Shown: positions 40,014 to 48,577 of the stretch, in pieces | Layout of the letters: every line of letters starts with the position of its first letter | Numbering within the stretch: position 1 is the stretch's first letter | Assembly: GCA_902785645.1 (NCBI GenBank) | Contig: CACZZG010000004.1 | Span: forward strand, 819-64,818 | From: an uncultured Erysipelotrichaceae bacterium | GTDB lineage: Bacteria; Bacillota_I; Bacilli_A; RFN20; CAG-826 | Direction of reading: 5' to 3' | Length of the DNA: 64,000 bases | Made by a program: the position numbers and the translations under genes | The notes under the pieces: generated by a model | The model's input: only the letters and a program-made list of their open reading frames with translations | Database searches by the model: none | What the model was told of the DNA's origin: nothing

Positions 40014-41043
40014 GCCTTGTTTTTGTTAGTACTGAACCAAACACCAATCTAATGATTAAGAAGGTAATAGCGCCAACTCCGAGAATGATAGTAGCAACTA
40101 ATAAAATAACTGAAAGTGGTTGCTTAATAATAATTAAATATACGATTAACGCTGTAATTGTCGCCGCAAGTAAAATAATTGTGGTCACTAAAGCGCGGTG
40201 ATAAGTTTCAAACATTCTAATAAATGTTCTGGTAAAGACAGGCTCAGCTAAAACACGGAAGTTTTTCTTCTTCGTAGGATCGAGTGTACTCATACGATAA
40301 CGAAGCAACTTCGTGGTATCAACTTTACTTCTTCCATTAACCACAAGCGGATCACCACTTTTAGCGAAATTCACTAAATTATGTTCTTGACCATGAACAT
40401 CATAGAATCCTTGGCTATATTCACTTTCCATGGTCTTAATGCCCTCGTTCACTTCTGCAGCTAAATTAGCTTCATCACAAAGTGATAATTCTGAGGCAAT
40501 AAGTCTCTTTAAAGGTAAAGTGTCATAAATATGTCTGAAATATAATTTGATACAGTCAATATCATAGAAATAATTTCTAAGGGTAAGTTTTTTCTTCACA
40601 TTAGCGATGTAATTATTTGTGAAATGATCTAGCGATAATAAGAAAGCGGTATATTCACGAGTAAATTTTGGCGTATGGAAATCCGCCATCTCAATTTGTA
40701 ATAATTCGCTAACTTCTAAACAGCGATTTCTTCTTAAAGTAGATAAGAATGCTAAGGATAATAATCTGCCTAATTTTGCGGTTTTATTCGTGGGTTCAAG
40801 TTCTAAAACATAGGCAAATAAAGAATAAGCTCTAGAAGCATCGCAAACATTCTTTAAAAAGAAATAAGCACGACGGAGATATTTAGTAATCACTCTTTCG
40901 TAATTGTAGATAGCGATTTTTGGACGATATTTTTTACCACAATGTGGACAATAACAAACCCTTGCTTCACTATTGACGTCAAAAATACGGCGGGGCTCGT
41001 CGTGTTTATTACAATTTGTGCAATATCCTTTTTTAATCGCCAT
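40006..41043 (-). CDS. Hypothetical protein: N-terminal zinc ribbon, helical middle, two C-terminal TM helices
   Basis: CTNCNK...CYCPHCGKKY ribbon and a hydrophobic C-terminus. The 3' end overlaps the convergent rdgB by 8 nt. Confidence 0.55.
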   Translation of the reverse strand: MAIKKGYCTNCNKHDEPRRIFDVNSEARVCYCPHCGKKYRPKIAIYNYERVITKYLRRAYFFLKNVCDASRAYSLFAYVLELEPTNKTAKLGRLLSLAFLSTLRRNRCLEVSELLQIEMADFHTPKFTREYTAFLLSLDHFTNNYIANVKKKLTLRNYFYDIDCIKLYFRHIYDTLPLKRLIASELSLCDEANLAAEVNEGIKTMESEYSQGFYDVHGQEHNLVNFAKSGDPLVVNGRSKVDTTKLLRYRMSTLDPTKKKNFRVLAEPVFTRTFIRMFETYHRALVTTIILLAATITALIVYLIIIKQPLSVILLVATIILGVGAITFLIIRLVFGSVLTKTRLK

Positions 41044-41048
41044 AGTAT

Positions 41049-42329
41049 TTAATATTCTAGTTCTTTTTCAATTCTTTCGGAAATCTTTTGGCATTTCTCA
41101 TATATCTTTGCGGGTTTTTCTTTAGTGTAGAATTTACCGTTCTTATATAAAATCTTGCCATTAATCATGGTCATCTTAATGTTATCTTTACTACCAGCAT
41201 AAACAATATTGTTAATAATATTATTAATTGGTTGCATATTTGGCTTAGATAAATCAATTTCAATTAAATCCGCTTTTTTGCCGACATCTAATACATCTGA
41301 ATCGTATAAACCCATCGCTCTAGCACCATTAACAGTTGCCATCTTTAAAACTTCAAAAGCAGGTAATGCGGAAGGGTCTTTTAAAGAGACTTTTTGTAAA
41401 GCATAAACAAGGGTCATTTCCTTAAACATATCTAAGGAATTATTGCTGGCAGGACCATCTGTGCCGATAGCGACATTTAGTCCATTTTCTAAATATTTAG
41501 AAATTGGAGCGATGCCACTGGCTAATTTAGTGTTACTTCCTGGACATGTGACAACATAACAACCATGTTTTTTAAAGATTTGAATATCTTCATCAGAGAA
41601 ATAACAACAGTGATAACCACCGCCACCATAATAGTAAGCACCCATCTTTTCAAAATATTGAACTGGTGACATGCCTCTTTTTTCATAACACTCTCTCACT
41701 TCTTTTTCTGTTTCTGAGATATGTGTGTAGAATGGGGCTTTTAATAAATGACAAGCTTCCACGACTTTTTCCAATTCGCCTTCGCCTAATGTGTATTCAG
41801 CGTGTACACCTAAACAATATTTCACTAAGCCATCTTTATCGTTTAGCTTATGGTAAATATCGCAAAGCTTTTGCACTAAATCGAATTCCTTATTATATGT
41901 ACCTAATAAGACCACTCGCATGCCCATTTCTTGCGCCGCTTTTGCGGTGGACATTGGGAAATAATATTGGTCAAAACAAGCGGTTATACCACTTGTTAAA
42001 TATTCTAAGAATGCAATTTTAGATAATTCATAAACATCATTTTCTTTTAAGTGATCTTCTCTTGGCAAAACAGAACCAAATAACCAATCTTGTAATGATG
42101 TATCATCGGTCTTGCTTCTCAAGAACGTCATTGCGCTATGAGTGTGAGCGTTTTTAAATCCAGGCATGATGACATTGCCCTCACAATCATAAACAACATC
42201 AAATGGTTTATATTTATCGATTTTGTCACCGATATATTTGATGCGATCATCTTCAATAACAATGTTAGCGAAGATAACTTTGTCATCAATCATTTTTATA
42301 ACTCGTGCATTTTTTAAAAGTGTCTTCAT
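41049..42329 (-). CDS. mtaD: Amidohydrolase, MTA/SAH (5'-deoxyadenosine) deaminase-like
   Basis: PGFKNAHTHSAMT, HISET and GTDGPASNN metal-binding motifs. Confidence 0.8.
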   Translation of the reverse strand: MKTLLKNARVIKMIDDKVIFANIVIEDDRIKYIGDKIDKYKPFDVVYDCEGNVIMPGFKNAHTHSAMTFLRSKTDDTSLQDWLFGSVLPREDHLKENDVYELSKIAFLEYLTSGITACFDQYYFPMSTAKAAQEMGMRVVLLGTYNKEFDLVQKLCDIYHKLNDKDGLVKYCLGVHAEYTLGEGELEKVVEACHLLKAPFYTHISETEKEVRECYEKRGMSPVQYFEKMGAYYYGGGGYHCCYFSDEDIQIFKKHGCYVVTCPGSNTKLASGIAPISKYLENGLNVAIGTDGPASNNSLDMFKEMTLVYALQKVSLKDPSALPAFEVLKMATVNGARAMGLYDSDVLDVGKKADLIEIDLSKPNMQPINNIINNIVYAGSKDNIKMTMINGKILYKNGKFYTKEKPAKIYEKCQKISERIEKELEY

Positions 42330-42444
42330 ATCGTTAATTATTATAATTAATCTCGACCATAATCAAAAACATTATTTTAATAATAGAAAAAACAATTGAT
42401 TACTTTTGCAAGATAATTAAAAATAATTATGAGTTGTTTTTATT

Positions 42445-44139
42445 ATGAAAGTTGCAGTATCAAAAAAGTCTCAGAAAAAAAGACGTTGGCCATTTGTCTT
42501 ACTCTTGGTCATTGCTGTTTTGGTTTTACCAATCGCCGCATTATTCATTTTTGTTTATGATGCAAACACCAAACAATTAAATATTCCTGAGAACGAAACT
42601 GTAGAAAATATTTCAAACAACATTACCGTTGATTCTTTAGACAGCGCGCCAACTGATCATAAATTAAACTTTGTCGTGACTGAAAAAGACATGGACGCAA
42701 TCATTGATTGTGCTTTAAGAGATGCCGGTGCCAAGGGTGGCGTCGTCAAAAAAGCTTATGTCTATGTCCATGAAAATAGATACGCATTCTATGTCGATCT
42801 CGATTTAAGAGTCTTTAAAACCAGAATTAAATTCGACACTCTTCTCGAAGAGACCAGTGACAAAATGTCATTCGTCTTCTCCATTAGAGACATCACCATT
42901 GGACGTGTCAGTGGATTTAAAAATATCTCCACAAGCTTCCTCGGTGCCTTCGTTAACACTTCTTCCATCAACTCCTTTATTAAGAAGATTGGATTAAGCG
43001 CTAAATATTCTGGTGAAGATTTATCATTTGCCTATAACAAAATCGATTTAATTGACGATATCGTGAAATTCACAAATAACGGCACTATCGATTTATATAA
43101 TGATGTTTTAGAAACAATCATTAGAGATCAGATTTTCTATTTCAATCTCAAGACTCAAAACTTCGCTGAAGGTATCGCTAACTTAGAACCATTCCACGAA
43201 AATATGTACGTCACTGACTATGTTGGACAAATTAAAGTTCAACCAAGCCAAGTTGGTGAAAGATGCCGTGACAAGATGGTTCAATTAGTTAATGAACATA
43301 AATTTGATATCAATGAAATCCCACCTGCGACAGTCTTTAAGTTCTTATTTGCAGGCTATAACAATATTACCGCGCAAGAAAGAGAACACATCGATACAAT
43401 CGATATGTCATCAATCGGTATTACTGATAAAGCTAATTATAAGGGATTTGACTTAGTCAAACCTGAATATGAACTTCACGAACAATTAACACAAAGTGTT
43501 AACGTTGATAACTTAATCAGTAAAGATCCAACAATTAATAAAAACGTTTGTCGTTTAAGCGAAACTGGTCTCAATAATTACTTAGAAAGTAGAAATGTTG
43601 TTGGTTATACTTCACTACTTTTTAAATGGGAAGGCGACCAATATAAAGCTAATTTCATTACTATCGATAACTTATATTGCAATTTCTTCCATTCCACAGA
43701 TAAAGTTGCGGAATTCGTCTGTAAGATTAATATCAACGGTTATCACACCGCTTTAACATTTACGAGCAAAACCATTGAAGAAGAACAAGAGCAATATAAG
43801 ATGATCTTCAAGGTGCAACGTGTTGATTATGGTGCGGTCCAAGCCCAAGTCTTAGAACATAGTTTCTTTGAACTATTACACCAGGCTTTATTAGATAGCG
43901 ATGATACAATGTCCGCGATTAACGTTGATGAAACTAACCACTCCATCATCTTCAACTTCAACACTATCTTGCAAGAGACAAGAGCAAGATGTGAACAAAA
44001 GATATATGAAGAACACGGAACTGCCGTCAACTTATCAACATATTTCCAAAATTCCAATCTCGAATACAAGATTTATGGAGATAGCCGCATAACCGATTCT
44101 TCTATTGTAGTCGCGATGGTAAATGGTATAGATTATTAA
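42445..44139 (+). CDS. Membrane-anchored extracytoplasmic protein, function unknown
   Basis: Basic N-terminus plus a single TM helix. It contains two internally similar modules (see the finding at 42445..44139). Confidence 0.55.
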   Translation: MKVAVSKKSQKKRRWPFVLLLVIAVLVLPIAALFIFVYDANTKQLNIPENETVENISNNITVDSLDSAPTDHKLNFVVTEKDMDAIIDCALRDAGAKGGVVKKAYVYVHENRYAFYVDLDLRVFKTRIKFDTLLEETSDKMSFVFSIRDITIGRVSGFKNISTSFLGAFVNTSSINSFIKKIGLSAKYSGEDLSFAYNKIDLIDDIVKFTNNGTIDLYNDVLETIIRDQIFYFNLKTQNFAEGIANLEPFHENMYVTDYVGQIKVQPSQVGERCRDKMVQLVNEHKFDINEIPPATVFKFLFAGYNNITAQEREHIDTIDMSSIGITDKANYKGFDLVKPEYELHEQLTQSVNVDNLISKDPTINKNVCRLSETGLNNYLESRNVVGYTSLLFKWEGDQYKANFITIDNLYCNFFHSTDKVAEFVCKININGYHTALTFTSKTIEEEQEQYKMIFKVQRVDYGAVQAQVLEHSFFELLHQALLDSDDTMSAINVDETNHSIIFNFNTILQETRARCEQKIYEEHGTAVNLSTYFQNSNLEYKIYGDSRITDSSIVVAMVNGIDY

Positions 44140-44159
44140 CAAAGCGAAGAAGGAAAATA

Positions 44160-44400
44160 GTAAATAGCGATCACTTTTTAGAGAGTATCCGGTTGGTGAA
44201 AGGATATAAAGCAGAGCTATCGAATACATTCCAGAGCTGCTACCTGAAACAATAAGTAGGGATAGACGGGTCCGCCCGAAATCGCGGAGTTGTGCATAGC
44301 ACACATAAAGGGATAACTCGTGAGGGTTATCTAAATTGAGGTGGTACCACGATTAATATCGTCCTCTGTTCACTTTTTTGAATAGAGGATTTTATTTTAG
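44160..44400 (+). promoter_or_regulatory. T-box riboswitch leader (tRNA-Tyr) of tyrS
   Basis: AGAGAGTA and GGTGAAAG stem-I elements. Candidate specifier UAC in GAA-UAC-A (44225..44227). T-box sequence aaattgaGGTGGTACCACG (44333..44351), with UGGU matching the tRNA-Tyr discriminator A. Terminator hairpin tcctctgttca/tgaatagagga plus a T-run (44362..44398). Confidence 0.88.
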
Positions 44401-44411
44401 GAGGAACTTTT

Positions 44412-45629
44412 ATGGGTATTTATGAAGAACTAATTGAAAGAGGCTTATTAGCCCAAGTCACTGACGAAAAAGAAATTAGAGATCTTATCAATAATGGTAA
44501 GGCGACATTTTATATTGGTTTTGACCCCACTGCGGATTCATTACATGTCGGTCACTTTATGACTCTTGTTTTAATGAAGAGATTACAACAAGTTGGCAAT
44601 CGTCCAATCGCCCTTTTAGGTGGCGGCACTGGTATGATTGGTGACCCATCTGGAAGAAGCGATTTAAGAAAAGTCTTAACCGTTGAAGATATTGACCACA
44701 ATGTCAATTGCTTTAAAAAGCAAATGGAAAGATTCATCGAATTTGGTGAAGGTAAAGCCATGCTCATCAATAACGCTGACTGGATTAGAAATCTCAACTA
44801 CATCGATTTATTAAGAGATGTCGGTGCTTGTTTCTCAGTCAACCACATGTTAGCCGCAGAATGCTATAAGCAAAGAATGGAAAGAGGTTTATCTTTCTTA
44901 GAATTCAACTACATGATCATGCAAGCCTATGACTTCTATTACTTACACGAACACTATGGATGTAATATGCAATTCGGTGGCGATGACCAATGGTCAAATA
45001 TGCTTGCTGGTACTGAATTAATTAGAAAGAAAACCGGCAAAGATGCCTACGCCATGACAATCACACTTTTACTCAATAGCGAGGGTAAGAAGATGGGTAA
45101 AACCGCTTCTGGTGCAGTTTGGCTTGATCCAAACAAAACTTCCCCATTTGATTTCTATCAATACTGGAGAAATGTTGATGATGCAGACGTTATGAAATGT
45201 TTAAAGATGTTAACATTCATTCCATTAGAGCAATTAAGAGAAATGGAAAAATGGGATGACTCTCGTATTAACGAGAAGAAGATGATTCTCGCTCATGAAT
45301 TAACAGAATTAGTCCACGGCAAAGATGAAGCGGATAAAGCTCAAGCCGCCGCACTTGCGTTATTCTCAGGTGAAGGTGATGATAATAACATGCCCACTAC
45401 TGAACTAGAAAATGTTCCAGAAGAAGGCGTTCAATTATTAGACGCTATGGTTACCGCGAAACTAATTACTAGTAAAGGTGAAGGCAGAAGACTTATTGAA
45501 CAAGGTGGCGTTTCCGTCAATGGAGAAAAAGTCACAGATGTCTATCTCGTCTTAACCAAAGCTATGCTTCAATCAGGTGTAAAGATTAAAAAAGGAAAGA
45601 AAATATTCCACAAAATCGTCACAAAATAG
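44412..45629 (+). CDS. tyrS: Tyrosine--tRNA ligase (with C-terminal S4-like domain)
   Basis: HVGH (HIGH) and KMGKT (KMSKS) motifs, GDDQW. Confidence 0.96.
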   Translation: MGIYEELIERGLLAQVTDEKEIRDLINNGKATFYIGFDPTADSLHVGHFMTLVLMKRLQQVGNRPIALLGGGTGMIGDPSGRSDLRKVLTVEDIDHNVNCFKKQMERFIEFGEGKAMLINNADWIRNLNYIDLLRDVGACFSVNHMLAAECYKQRMERGLSFLEFNYMIMQAYDFYYLHEHYGCNMQFGGDDQWSNMLAGTELIRKKTGKDAYAMTITLLLNSEGKKMGKTASGAVWLDPNKTSPFDFYQYWRNVDDADVMKCLKMLTFIPLEQLREMEKWDDSRINEKKMILAHELTELVHGKDEADKAQAAALALFSGEGDDNNMPTTELENVPEEGVQLLDAMVTAKLITSKGEGRRLIEQGGVSVNGEKVTDVYLVLTKAMLQSGVKIKKGKKIFHKIVTK

Positions 45630-45634
45630 AATAG

Positions 45635-45664
45635 AACCCATTCGAGAGGATGGGTTTTATTTAA
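45635..45664 (+). terminator. Intrinsic terminator after tyrS
   Basis: Stem aacccat/atgggtt with an 8-nt loop, followed by a T-rich run. Confidence 0.75.
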
Positions 45665-45672
45665 GAATATTC

Positions 45673-45715
45673 ATGTGTATTTTATGTTTACTTTATACAC
45701 ATATTTCGTTATTAT
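45673..45715 (+). promoter_or_regulatory. Candidate promoter/operator of the dinJ-yafQ operon
   Basis: Inverted repeat atgtgtat (45673..45680) / atacacat (45695..45702) straddling a -35-like TTTACT (45687..45692). 17-nt spacer, then -10 TATTAT (45710..45715). Confidence 0.45.
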
Positions 45716-45738
45716 GATTATGCAGGGAGAGTTACACT

Positions 45739-46008
45739 ATGGCTAAGATAAATACCAATATCAGTATTGACGCAAATTTAAAAAAACAAGCCGTCGAATT
45801 GTTTAATAAATTTGGCTTAGATTTTTCTACAGCCATTTCTTTGTTCTTATCTCAATCGGTTAGAGAGAAGAGAATTCCTTTTGAAATACGTTTGGATATT
45901 CCAAACCAAACCACTATTGATGCTCTTAATGAATTGGATGAGATGAAAACCAATAAAAAGAAGTATAAAAGATATGACTCTTTCAAAGATTTATTAAAGG
46001 AGAAATAA
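45739..46008 (+). CDS. dinJ: RelB/DinJ-family antitoxin
   Basis: INTNISIDANLKKQAVELFNKFGLDFSTAISLFLSQ is a ribbon-helix-helix, DinJ-like. GGGAGAG SD. Confidence 0.85.
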   Translation: MAKINTNISIDANLKKQAVELFNKFGLDFSTAISLFLSQSVREKRIPFEIRLDIPNQTTIDALNELDEMKTNKKKYKRYDSFKDLLKEK

Positions 46009-46009
46009 G

Positions 46010-46282
46010 TTGCTAAAAATTGTTGCTTCAAATCGTTTTCTAAAAGACATAGAGATTGCCAAAAAACGAAAGCTGAGTTTAGAGCCCTTGGAAGCTGTTG
46101 TGAATAAACTGGCTAAGCAAGAAAAACTAGAAGCAAAATACCGCGATCACCCATTACTAGGAAAGTATTCAAACTTTAGAGAATGCCACATTAAACCGGA
46201 TTGGCTTTTAATCTATCATGTCGACGATGAAGAATTAGAATTATTCTTGTTTAGAACTGGCACACATAGCGACCTATTTTAA
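46010..46282 (+). CDS. yafQ: YafQ-family mRNA interferase toxin (RelE superfamily)
   Basis: YRDHPLLGKYSNFRECHIKPDWLLIY...FRTGTHSDLF aligns with E. coli YafQ, including the His/Asp/Arg/His/Phe catalytic positions. TTG start 1 nt after the dinJ stop, AAAGGAG SD. Confidence 0.85.
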   Translation: MLKIVASNRFLKDIEIAKKRKLSLEPLEAVVNKLAKQEKLEAKYRDHPLLGKYSNFRECHIKPDWLLIYHVDDEELELFLFRTGTHSDLF

Positions 46283-46284
46283 GA

Positions 46285-46337
46285 AAAAATCCCCTATTCG
46301 ATCGGTCATTAAATCGAGTTCCGGGGGATTTTTTTTA
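46285..46337. terminator. Bidirectional terminator-like long hairpin
   Basis: Outer stem aaaaaatcccc/ggggatttttt, with an inner stem tcgat/atcga. Confidence 0.6.
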
Positions 46338-46340
46338 AAA

Positions 46341-46360
46341 AGACAAGCGAATGCTTGTCT
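46341..46360 (-). terminator. Intrinsic terminator of the BaiN-like/thioesterase unit
   Basis: Stem agacaagc/gcttgtct overlapping the TAG stop, followed on the minus strand by TTTTT. Confidence 0.6.
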
Positions 46361-47426
46361 ATATTTTTTTACTCACTAGTTCTGCACTAGCTAATGCCCA
46401 CATGATGTTATATCCACCACATATCGCATCAATATCAACGACTTCACCGATGAAATAAACATTCTTTTCTCTCTTTGATGATAAATCATCATTGAGTTCA
46501 CTAATGGAAATACCACCACTGGTTACTTGAGAATTGCTATATTCATAGAAATCTTTGAATGTGAATATCACATTATGAATATCTAATTTATTACTTATTA
46601 AGTATTTCGCTAATTTAGGATTCACTAATGATTCATAATCACCATCAATTCCTTTTGCGAAATCAACATGAAGTGTGATGTTATTTCTATTATCCAAACG
46701 ATTAATGTAATGGGTCATATTGAAGATGACCATTCCAGATAATCCATCTTTTTTGAATAACAATTCACCATCTTCTTCATGGAGTAATTTATTACCTTGA
46801 TATAATTGCACATTTACTTTATGTCTAAGACCTTCCACCATTTTAGTGTTTTCTTTGGTTTTAATTGGACATAAAGATGGATGACATTCTCTAATTGCGT
46901 AGCCGTGTTTAATTAAAGAATCATAGAAAGATCCATTTGAGCCGAGATTTGGGGAGGATTTACCACCGAGCGAAATAATTAACGCATCGTAGGTAAATTC
47001 GCCTCTATCGGTCAATAAATGGCCATTTTGATAGTCTTTGACTTCACATTGAAGGTGAACATCGATGTTTAATTGTTTGATTCTATCTAATAAATGGTTC
47101 GCCACTGTTTCTGCGGATTCGCTATATGGATAGAGTAAATCTCCGATGGATTTGCTCTTGATACCAATCTTTTCAAAGTAATTAACAATATCATTGCAGT
47201 TGAATTGATTGATAATTTTAAGTGCGAATTCTTCGTGGTTATATTTATTATTTAAAGAACCTTTATTTGCAAAATTACATTTACCATTCCCGGTTGCGTA
47301 GATCTTTTTAAGTAGTTTGTCATTATGTTCAAAGACACTGACAAAATAATCTGGGTGTTTTTCTTTGATTCTAATCGAGGCGAAAACACCAGATATACCA
47401 CCACCGAGAACGATTACTTTTTTCAT
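46359..47426 (-). CDS. BaiN/RdsA (HI0933-like) family FAD-dependent oxidoreductase, short form
   Basis: VIVLGGGISGVFAS dinucleotide-binding motif, ATGNGKCNF, GGISI and GGYN motifs. Confidence 0.75.
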   Translation of the reverse strand: MKKVIVLGGGISGVFASIRIKEKHPDYFVSVFEHNDKLLKKIYATGNGKCNFANKGSLNNKYNHEEFALKIINQFNCNDIVNYFEKIGIKSKSIGDLLYPYSESAETVANHLLDRIKQLNIDVHLQCEVKDYQNGHLLTDRGEFTYDALIISLGGKSSPNLGSNGSFYDSLIKHGYAIRECHPSLCPIKTKENTKMVEGLRHKVNVQLYQGNKLLHEEDGELLFKKDGLSGMVIFNMTHYINRLDNRNNITLHVDFAKGIDGDYESLVNPKLAKYLISNKLDIHNVIFTFKDFYEYSNSQVTSGGISISELNDDLSSKREKNVYFIGEVVDIDAICGGYNIMWALASAELVSKKI

Positions 47427-47427
47427 C

Positions 47428-48144
47428 CTATCTATTAAGATAATCGATATTGACCTCGAAGACGGTCGCTCCGTTTATCTCTCCTTTGATATATTCTTTA
47501 TTTCCATCATGACGATACACATCTAAAACATCATTGTCTTTCATCTCTTTTTCATAATTGATTAAGAAATGAGAAATGCGATGTTTCTTATAGAATTCAC
47601 TATCGTGTAAGTCGATGATGTAATCGATGTATTTTGTGTTATTCAAATGACCATTTAAATCGATGTCAGAATATCTGACTTTACGATTCTCCACTAAAGA
47701 GATATCACTATCGCTAATGACTTTCGTGGGTAAAGGTTGTTCGCCTTCATAATGTTCCGGTGGAATTCTTTTACCTTCAAAAGGATTAAGGCATATTCTA
47801 TGGTTTTCTTTATTTAAGACCATCCATGTCGAAGAAGCTTTAATAAGGATATTGCCTTTTTCATCTTCTAATTGGAAATATCTTGGAAAGATAAATCTTA
47901 AATCATCTCCAGGATAAGTCTTTAAAGTGACGGTTTGTAAATATTTAGGCATTTTAATGATGTCTAATTCAATTCTAGTAATGACCCAGTATAGACCTTT
48001 ATCTAATGTGTTGGCTTTGCCAATATCTAAAACTTCTGCATGTTCTGTAGCGATATCTTGCATAAGTCTAAAGAACGAAGGCAATTTCAAATCGAGAAAT
48101 TGATCCACGTCATTGCTACCGATGTAATATTTCTTTTGATACAT
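47428..48144 (-). CDS. Acyl-ACP thioesterase family protein
   Basis: Double hotdog-like layout. The N-terminal Y.IGSNDVDQF...L.SFFRLMQDIATEH and the YSDIDLNGHLNNTKY motif are typical of FatA/B-like bacterial thioesterases. Confidence 0.8.
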   Translation of the reverse strand: MYQKKYYIGSNDVDQFLDLKLPSFFRLMQDIATEHAEVLDIGKANTLDKGLYWVITRIELDIIKMPKYLQTVTLKTYPGDDLRFIFPRYFQLEDEKGNILIKASSTWMVLNKENHRICLNPFEGKRIPPEHYEGEQPLPTKVISDSDISLVENRKVRYSDIDLNGHLNNTKYIDYIIDLHDSEFYKKHRISHFLINYEKEMKDNDVLDVYRHDGNKEYIKGEINGATVFEVNIDYLNR

Positions 48145-48190
48145 AGCACTAATAGATTAATAAATTTCAATCCTAAAAGAAATAACAAAG

Positions 48191-48424
48191 TTATGCTAAA
48201 TTCACACGATTCACTCTAAATCTATTTTTGTAATCTAAAACGTATTCGATGTTGTGTTTATTACCATCAATCTTAAATTCATCGCTTAATTGTAAGTCTT
48301 CGTTTAAATATTTATGTTCAAAGTAAGCGAAGGCATAATTGATCGCTTGGTCTCTGGTATTAAATTTTTTATTCACAACAACAGTGTGACCGTTATTGAT
48401 AGTTTGTAATGTATAGTATTTCAT
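48191..48424 (-). CDS. Hypothetical 77-aa protein
   Basis: GAGGAGG SD, its own strong promoter, no recognisable motif. Confidence 0.5.
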   Translation of the reverse strand: MKYYTLQTINNGHTVVVNKKFNTRDQAINYAFAYFEHKYLNEDLQLSDEFKIDGNKHNIEYVLDYKNRFRVNRVNLA

Positions 48425-48490
48425 ATATAAGTACCTCCTCTAAGCCTTTTTACGTCATGCCGGGGACGGGGTACTCATATTTGAGACTAT

Positions 48491-48518
48491 ATATTAGACC
48501 TTTTTAAAATATTGTCAA
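48491..48518 (-). promoter_or_regulatory. Promoter of the 77-aa gene
   Basis: Read on the minus strand: TTGACA (48518..48513), 16-nt spacer, TAATAT (48496..48491). Confidence 0.55.
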
Positions 48519-48520
48519 GT

Positions 48521-48553
48521 GGGACAAAAATAAAATGATACACATAGTGTATC
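48521..48553 (-). terminator. Intrinsic terminator ending the long carbohydrate operon
   Basis: Hairpin gatacac-ata-gtgtatc (48537..48553), followed on the minus strand by ATTTTATTTTT. Confidence 0.7.
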
Positions 48554-48577
48554 AAATTATTCTTCATAAAATATTTT

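Noticed and set aside
44035-44304. An 89-aa minus-strand ORF between the 564-aa gene and tyrS.
   Set aside because: It lies antisense to the T-box leader RNA, whose conserved elements explain the sequence. It has no SD and no protein-like composition.
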